The notes under the pieces are model-generated. The model was not told the DNA's origin and did not search any database. It was given only the letters and a program-made list of their open reading frames with translations. The position numbers were made by a program, and so were the translations under genes. Below are positions 60,119 to 64,000 of a stretch of 64,000 nucleotides of DNA, piece by piece. Positions within the stretch are counted from its first letter, which is position 1. Every line of letters starts with the position of its first letter. The stretch is taken from assembly GCA_038321985.1 (NCBI GenBank), contig JBBQFN010000010.1, positions 1 through 64,000 on the forward strand, in the 5' to 3' direction. The DNA is from Cyanophyceae cyanobacterium. GTDB taxonomy: Bacteria; Cyanobacteriota; Cyanobacteriia; Cyanobacteriales; Laspinemataceae.

Positions 60119-61477
60119 ATGGTAGCAGTAGCGATTTTAGCCGCTGGACGCGGGACACGCATGAAATCAGACCTGCCAAAGGTCTTACATCCTTTGGGGG
60201 GGCGATCGCTTGTTGAACGGGTACTCGATAGTCTCTCGGCAATTCAACCTTCCCGACGTTTAATTATCGTCGGCTATCGAGGGGAACTCGTCCAAAATGA
60301 ACTGAGCGATCGATTCTCTAATTTAGAATTTGTCGAACAAAAAGAGCAATTGGGAACGGGTCACGCTGTCCAACAAGTAATTCCGTATTTAAAAGAATTT
60401 AGCGGGGATTTGTTGGTCCTGAATGGAGATGTGCCGCTATTGCGACCGGAAACCATTGAGCGCTTGCTGACCACCCACAAAGAACAAGGGAATGCCGCCA
60501 CAATTCTGACCGCGCAACTGCCGGATCCCAAAGGCTATGGCCGGGTATTTTGTGACAGCGAAAACCTGCTCAAAGAAATTGTAGAGGACCGAGACTGCAC
60601 CGCCGCTCAAAAGCAGAATCGGCGGATTAATGCCGGGGTTTACTGCTTCCGTTGGGCGGATTTGGCCCGGGTTTTACCCCAATTAAAATCGGAAAATGAC
60701 CAGGCAGAATATTATCTGACCGATGCGGTTAATTACCTAAATCCGGTGCGGATTTTAGATGTGGAGGATTATCAGGAAATTCTCGGCATCAACGATCGCC
60801 AGCAATTGTCAAAAGCCTATCAAATTTTGCAGACTCGGGTTAAAAATGAGTGGATGGCAGCAGGGGTCACCCTCATCGACCCAGATAGCATTACCATCGA
60901 TGATACGGTGACCCTCGCCCCAGATGCTATCATTGAGCCCCAAACCCACCTGCGCGGCGAGACTACTATCGGTTCTGGTTCTCGTATCGGTCCAGGGACG
61001 CTGATTGAAAATAGTCAGATTGGCGACCGGACCACGGTTTTATACTCGGTGATAACTGATAGTACGGTGGCAGCGGGAACAAGAGTCGGACCTTACGCTC
61101 ACCTACGCGGTCAGGCCCAGGTGGGAGAAGGCTGCCGCATTGGTAACTTTGTAGAATTAAAGAATACAAAGTTAGGAGACCGTAGCAATGTATCTCACTT
61201 ATCTTATTTAGGCGATACAACCACGGGCGATCGGGTGAATATTGGTGCCGGAACAATTACTGCCAATTACGATGGGGTAAACAAACATCCCACGCACATC
61301 GGCAGCGGTACTAAAACCGGCTCAAATAGCGTCTTAGTCGCGCCGGTTAAACTAGGAGAAAACGTCACTATTGCCGCCGGTTCTACGATTACCGACGATG
61401 TGGAAGATGACAGTTTGGCGATCGCCCGCGCCAGACAAGTGGTCAAAAAAGGCTGGAAACTGAAGGCGAAGGAGTAG
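60119..61477 (+). CDS. glmU: Bifunctional UDP-GlcNAc pyrophosphorylase/GlcN-1-P acetyltransferase
   Basis: [22 protein letters not shown], hexapeptide repeats, HLSYLGD, NYDG. Confidence 0.97.
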   Translation: MVAVAILAAGRGTRMKSDLPKVLHPLGGRSLVERVLDSLSAIQPSRRLIIVGYRGELVQNELSDRFSNLEFVEQKEQLGTGHAVQQVIPYLKEFSGDLLVLNGDVPLLRPETIERLLTTHKEQGNAATILTAQLPDPKGYGRVFCDSENLLKEIVEDRDCTAAQKQNRRINAGVYCFRWADLARVLPQLKSENDQAEYYLTDAVNYLNPVRILDVEDYQEILGINDRQQLSKAYQILQTRVKNEWMAAGVTLIDPDSITIDDTVTLAPDAIIEPQTHLRGETTIGSGSRIGPGTLIENSQIGDRTTVLYSVITDSTVAAGTRVGPYAHLRGQAQVGEGCRIGNFVELKNTKLGDRSNVSHLSYLGDTTTGDRVNIGAGTITANYDGVNKHPTHIGSGTKTGSNSVLVAPVKLGENVTIAAGSTITDDVEDDSLAIARARQVVKKGWKLKAKE

Positions 61478-61508
61478 AAAATCCTACACCGAAGTAGAGA
61501 CAACGCAG

Positions 61509-61534
61509 CAGAGACGTGAATTTTCGCGTCTCTG
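61509..61534. terminator. Hairpin between convergent genes (REP-like)
   Basis: CAGAGACGTGAA-tt-TTCGCGTCTCTG. Confidence 0.55.
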
Positions 61535-61563
61535 TCCCCTAGGTTTGGTCACCCCAGGCACAA

Positions 61564-62475
61564 TTAGGGAGACCCCCAAGTATTATTTTCCACAGTCGTT
61601 TCGACCAACTTTACGCGATCGCTATCATTGGATAAATGGATAAACTCGTTGTTGGCGATCGTGCTATTTTCAACAATGATTGTACTACCTTCTTCCCAAA
61701 CTCGAAAGAAATAATTATTATCAGAATTGTAATCGGTAACGCGGTTTTCAAAAAATTGACAGTTTTTAAATCGCACATCCCCCCTGAGTACCGTTGCGGT
61801 TACCATTCCCTGATAGGAGTCATTATTATAAAATTGGCAGTCTTCCCCTAAAAACTCCGTGATGGATTCGAGATATATAATTCCATAGGTACATTCTTTA
61901 ATCGTAGAACCCTTCACCTTAAGATTTCTGCTGTTTTGTGCGGAAATTCCATAGGTTCCGCATCCAAAGAGAATACAGCGGTCGAGGGTGATATTTTCAC
62001 AATCCACGAAGCTAAAAACACTCCCACTACATAAGGATTTTTTAGGCCAATGTCCAGATTCTATATTGGTTATCGTAATATTTTGGCAGTTCCTGAACGT
62101 GATCACATTCGGATAACCCGCTTCAAGACTAATCAAAGAAGCGGTGGGATTTGCTCCCACTAAACTCAGGTTTTCTACGCCAGAAATTACCAACCCATAT
62201 CCATCAAAATCCTCTTCCATAAAGGCATTAGCCCACCTCAACTCTGGGGTAAGTTCTGATAAATTGTAGTGAGGTGAGATTAACTTCAACGTTCGGTTAG
62301 ATCCGATGCTTCTAAAGAATGCTTCGGGGTTACTCACTTCGATTTCATTCCGGACTTGGGCGGTCGTCTGTTGCCCTTGTACCATTGCCCCAGTCACCCC
62401 TACTAACCCCAATAACCCGGAGAAAAACTTACGCCGTTTAACTTTTACCATCTGAATCCCAACCTGAATGGTCAT
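61564..62475 (-). CDS. Exported right-handed parallel beta-helix protein with Tat-like signal
   Basis: KRRKFF + hydrophobic stretch + TTA; repeated (N/D)C.NIT..., CGTYGI, FKNCQFFEN. Confidence 0.7.
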   Translation of the reverse strand: MTIQVGIQMVKVKRRKFFSGLLGLVGVTGAMVQGQQTTAQVRNEIEVSNPEAFFRSIGSNRTLKLISPHYNLSELTPELRWANAFMEEDFDGYGLVISGVENLSLVGANPTASLISLEAGYPNVITFRNCQNITITNIESGHWPKKSLCSGSVFSFVDCENITLDRCILFGCGTYGISAQNSRNLKVKGSTIKECTYGIIYLESITEFLGEDCQFYNNDSYQGMVTATVLRGDVRFKNCQFFENRVTDYNSDNNYFFRVWEEGSTIIVENSTIANNEFIHLSNDSDRVKLVETTVENNTWGSP

Positions 62476-62727
62476 CTTTTTCTAGTAAGCTAACACAGGG
62501 ATTAGACTTCTGCCAACCGGATAAACTTCGGGACCCTCCTTGAAGAATACCCTATGGAGGGGCAGAAGATTATGAATCCCAGGAGTTAGAAAAGCACATG
62601 AGGCGATCGCAAATTCTCGATCTCGCTTTAGAGTTAATCCTACCCCCGGCAGCACTCGATCCCACAACATCCACAGAAACTCGATAAACTAGAAAAGGGC
62701 CTCTTGTCTTTATCCTGGAGTCACATC

Positions 62728-62895
62728 ATGGTTTGGTTATTCTCGCTATTTTTTGTTTTACTGTTAATTTCTGCGACCCCGTTGCTGGGAACGTTGAAAG
62801 TTAGGTGGTCCTTTGAAATTATGGTGGGATTATTTGCCTTTTTTGCTGTCGCAGGTTGGGGGCTGTTTTTGGGGTATTCCCTCTTTTTCCAGTAA
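62728..62895 (+). CDS. Small hydrophobic 55-aa membrane protein (two predicted TM helices)
   Basis: GGAG 7 nt before ATG 62728; strong hairpin 15 nt after the stop. Confidence 0.5.
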   Translation: MVWLFSLFFVLLLISATPLLGTLKVRWSFEIMVGLFAFFAVAGWGLFLGYSLFFQ

Positions 62896-62904
62896 CCCAA
62901 TATC

Positions 62905-63221
62905 AATAATAATCCCGTCAGAGTAACTCTGACGGGATTGATTCGTATAATTGGTTCGTTATAGTGTCCAGACCATTTGTCAATTTAAAACGACAGACTA
63001 CCTAATCGGTCTGATTTAGCACCCAACTCTTGATGCCCTTGACCTTATGTCTCTACTATAAAAGATGAGTCCCCTGGAGTAGTCTGTCTGGGGAGAGAAC
63101 TATCTCTCTGCCTTTTGTGAGACTTACCCAAGTAGCTTACTCTACTGTGGGGTAGAGAGAGATTACTCGGGGGCAGTCGCTTTTTCCAGGGTTTGATATA
63201 TATGAGCGCACAGATCCCCAT
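62905..63221 (-). ncRNA. Candidate structured non-coding RNA (about 315 nt)
   Basis: Lies between a near-consensus promoter and a terminal hairpin, has no long ORF and several helices (see findings). Confidence 0.45.
62911..62939. terminator. Perfect palindrome, probable bidirectional terminator
   Basis: AATCCCGTCAGAGT-a-ACTCTGACGGGATT. Confidence 0.75.
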
Positions 63222-63227
63222 AATAAA

Positions 63228-63256
63228 ATCTTAGCTTAAGATGCTACGATTGTCAA
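63228..63256 (-). promoter_or_regulatory. sigma70-type promoter TTGACA-N17-TAAGAT
   Basis: Minus strand reads TTGACAatcgtagcatcttaagcTAAGAT. Confidence 0.7.
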
Positions 63257-63287
63257 CACATTGATCATAAATTTTTCGGGAGAAAAG

Positions 63288-63327
63288 TTTCTGGTTCCCT
63301 CACTCCCGAGTTAGAAACCGGGTTTCT
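63288..63327. repeat. AGAAACCGGGTTTCT-type palindromic repeat, left copy
   Basis: TTTCTGGTTCCCTCACTCCCGAGTTAGAAACCGGGTTTCT. Confidence 0.7.
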
Positions 63328-63385
63328 GCATTCTTTCCGCATGGTGCTTGCTCTCCAGCCAGTTCGCCTTGCGGCGATCGCACTT

Positions 63386-63868
63386 TCAGCGTCGTTTCAT
63401 CGTGAGCGATCCATCGCTTAGGCTTACGACCTCAAACCCGAAACGCTCATAAAGCCGCAACGCCGGATTGTCTAACGAGACACTCAAAGAAATAGATGAT
63501 TGCCCACAATCCGACGCCAACAAGTGAATGAGCAATTGTGTGCCGACGCCTTGACCCCGATATTCGGGCAACACAGCAATACTTAATTCAGGCGTGTCAT
63601 CATCCACATAACCATAACCTTTGTTCTCGCCCACGAGTAAACGTAACCAAGCCGCGCCGACAGATTGGCCCGTTGCCGCATCCCTGGCAAGAAAGCCACA
63701 ATCGCCTGCGCGCTTCTTCCAACCCCGAACATAACGCGCGAGTTCAGGAACGCGAATAACCTCACGAGGCGGCGCAGATTGCCCTTGGGGAACATGAAGT
63801 GCCTGGTACAACATTTCCCAGAGAAACAGCTTATCTTTTGATATGAGCGGTCGAATGATCCAGTTCAC
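63386..63868 (-). CDS. GNAT N-acetyltransferase
   Basis: VGAAWLR, GYGYVDD.TPEL.IAVLPEYRGQGVG, SLSV..DNPA.RLYERFGF; GTG 63868 after AAAGG. Confidence 0.9.
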   Translation of the reverse strand: MNWIIRPLISKDKLFLWEMLYQALHVPQGQSAPPREVIRVPELARYVRGWKKRAGDCGFLARDAATGQSVGAAWLRLLVGENKGYGYVDDDTPELSIAVLPEYRGQGVGTQLLIHLLASDCGQSSISLSVSLDNPALRLYERFGFEVVSLSDGSLTMKRR

Positions 63869-63876
63869 AACCTTTA

Positions 63877-63972
63877 TTTCTGGTCCCCCCACCCAAAGTT
63901 AGAAACCGGTTTTCTTGCCTAAAATTCTGCCAATTTGCAAAAATCTCGGTGAGAAACCCGGTTTCTGGTCCC
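63877..63972. repeat. AGAAACC(G/C)G(G/T)TTTCT-type palindromic repeat pair, right copies
   Basis: TTTCTGGTCCCCCCACCCAAAGTTAGAAACCGGTTTTCT...AGAAACCCGGTTTCTGGTCCC. Confidence 0.7.
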
Positions 63973-64000
63973 CTTCAGCTAACCTAAGCAGTACCGACAC

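Larger units (their letters stand above)
1..64000. repeat. HIP1 (GCGATCGC) highly iterated palindrome, dispersed
   Basis: Many dozens of copies in genes and intergenic DNA (e.g. 12460, 12471); not counted exactly. Confidence 0.95.

Overview
This is a chromosomal window from a cyanobacterium, probably a filamentous Oscillatoriales type; the inference rests on dense HIP1 octamers (GCGATCGC), cyaC, a Ycf23/DUF561 gene, an HHL1-like gene and GTAG-hairpin repeats. Most of it is housekeeping, envelope and signalling genes: an ABC permease, glycosyltransferases, gmd, gabD plus a probable 2-oxoglutarate decarboxylase, xth, two histidine kinases, cyaC, hisC, a rhodanese, a SpoIIE partner-switching triad, pepN, an HD-GYP regulator and glmU. 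The main points of interest are five. (1) A 1725-aa full-length nitric oxide synthase (globin + oxygenase + reductase, syNOS-like) carries an extra C-terminal LCIB/theta-class carbonic anhydrase domain with an intact Cys-His-Cys metal triad. (2) The accessory block around it (about 9.5-25 kb) holds an RcaD-like protein, two tandem paralogous ATPases, a restriction-nuclease-ParA fusion with a ParB-like/HhH partner, a broken ftsK remnant and an RNase D-like exonuclease. (3) An inositol-3-phosphate synthase, a PfkB kinase and a PIP-synthase-like CDP-alcohol transferase suggest inositol lipid synthesis. (4) A candidate structured ncRNA of about 315 nt has a near-consensus sigma70 promoter and a terminal hairpin. 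(5) Smaller items are an unlisted 43-aa ORF, REP-like arrays and an internally deleted SDR gene. I found no rRNA, tRNA, CRISPR array or intact transposase. All family assignments come from recognising motifs by eye; no database searches were run.
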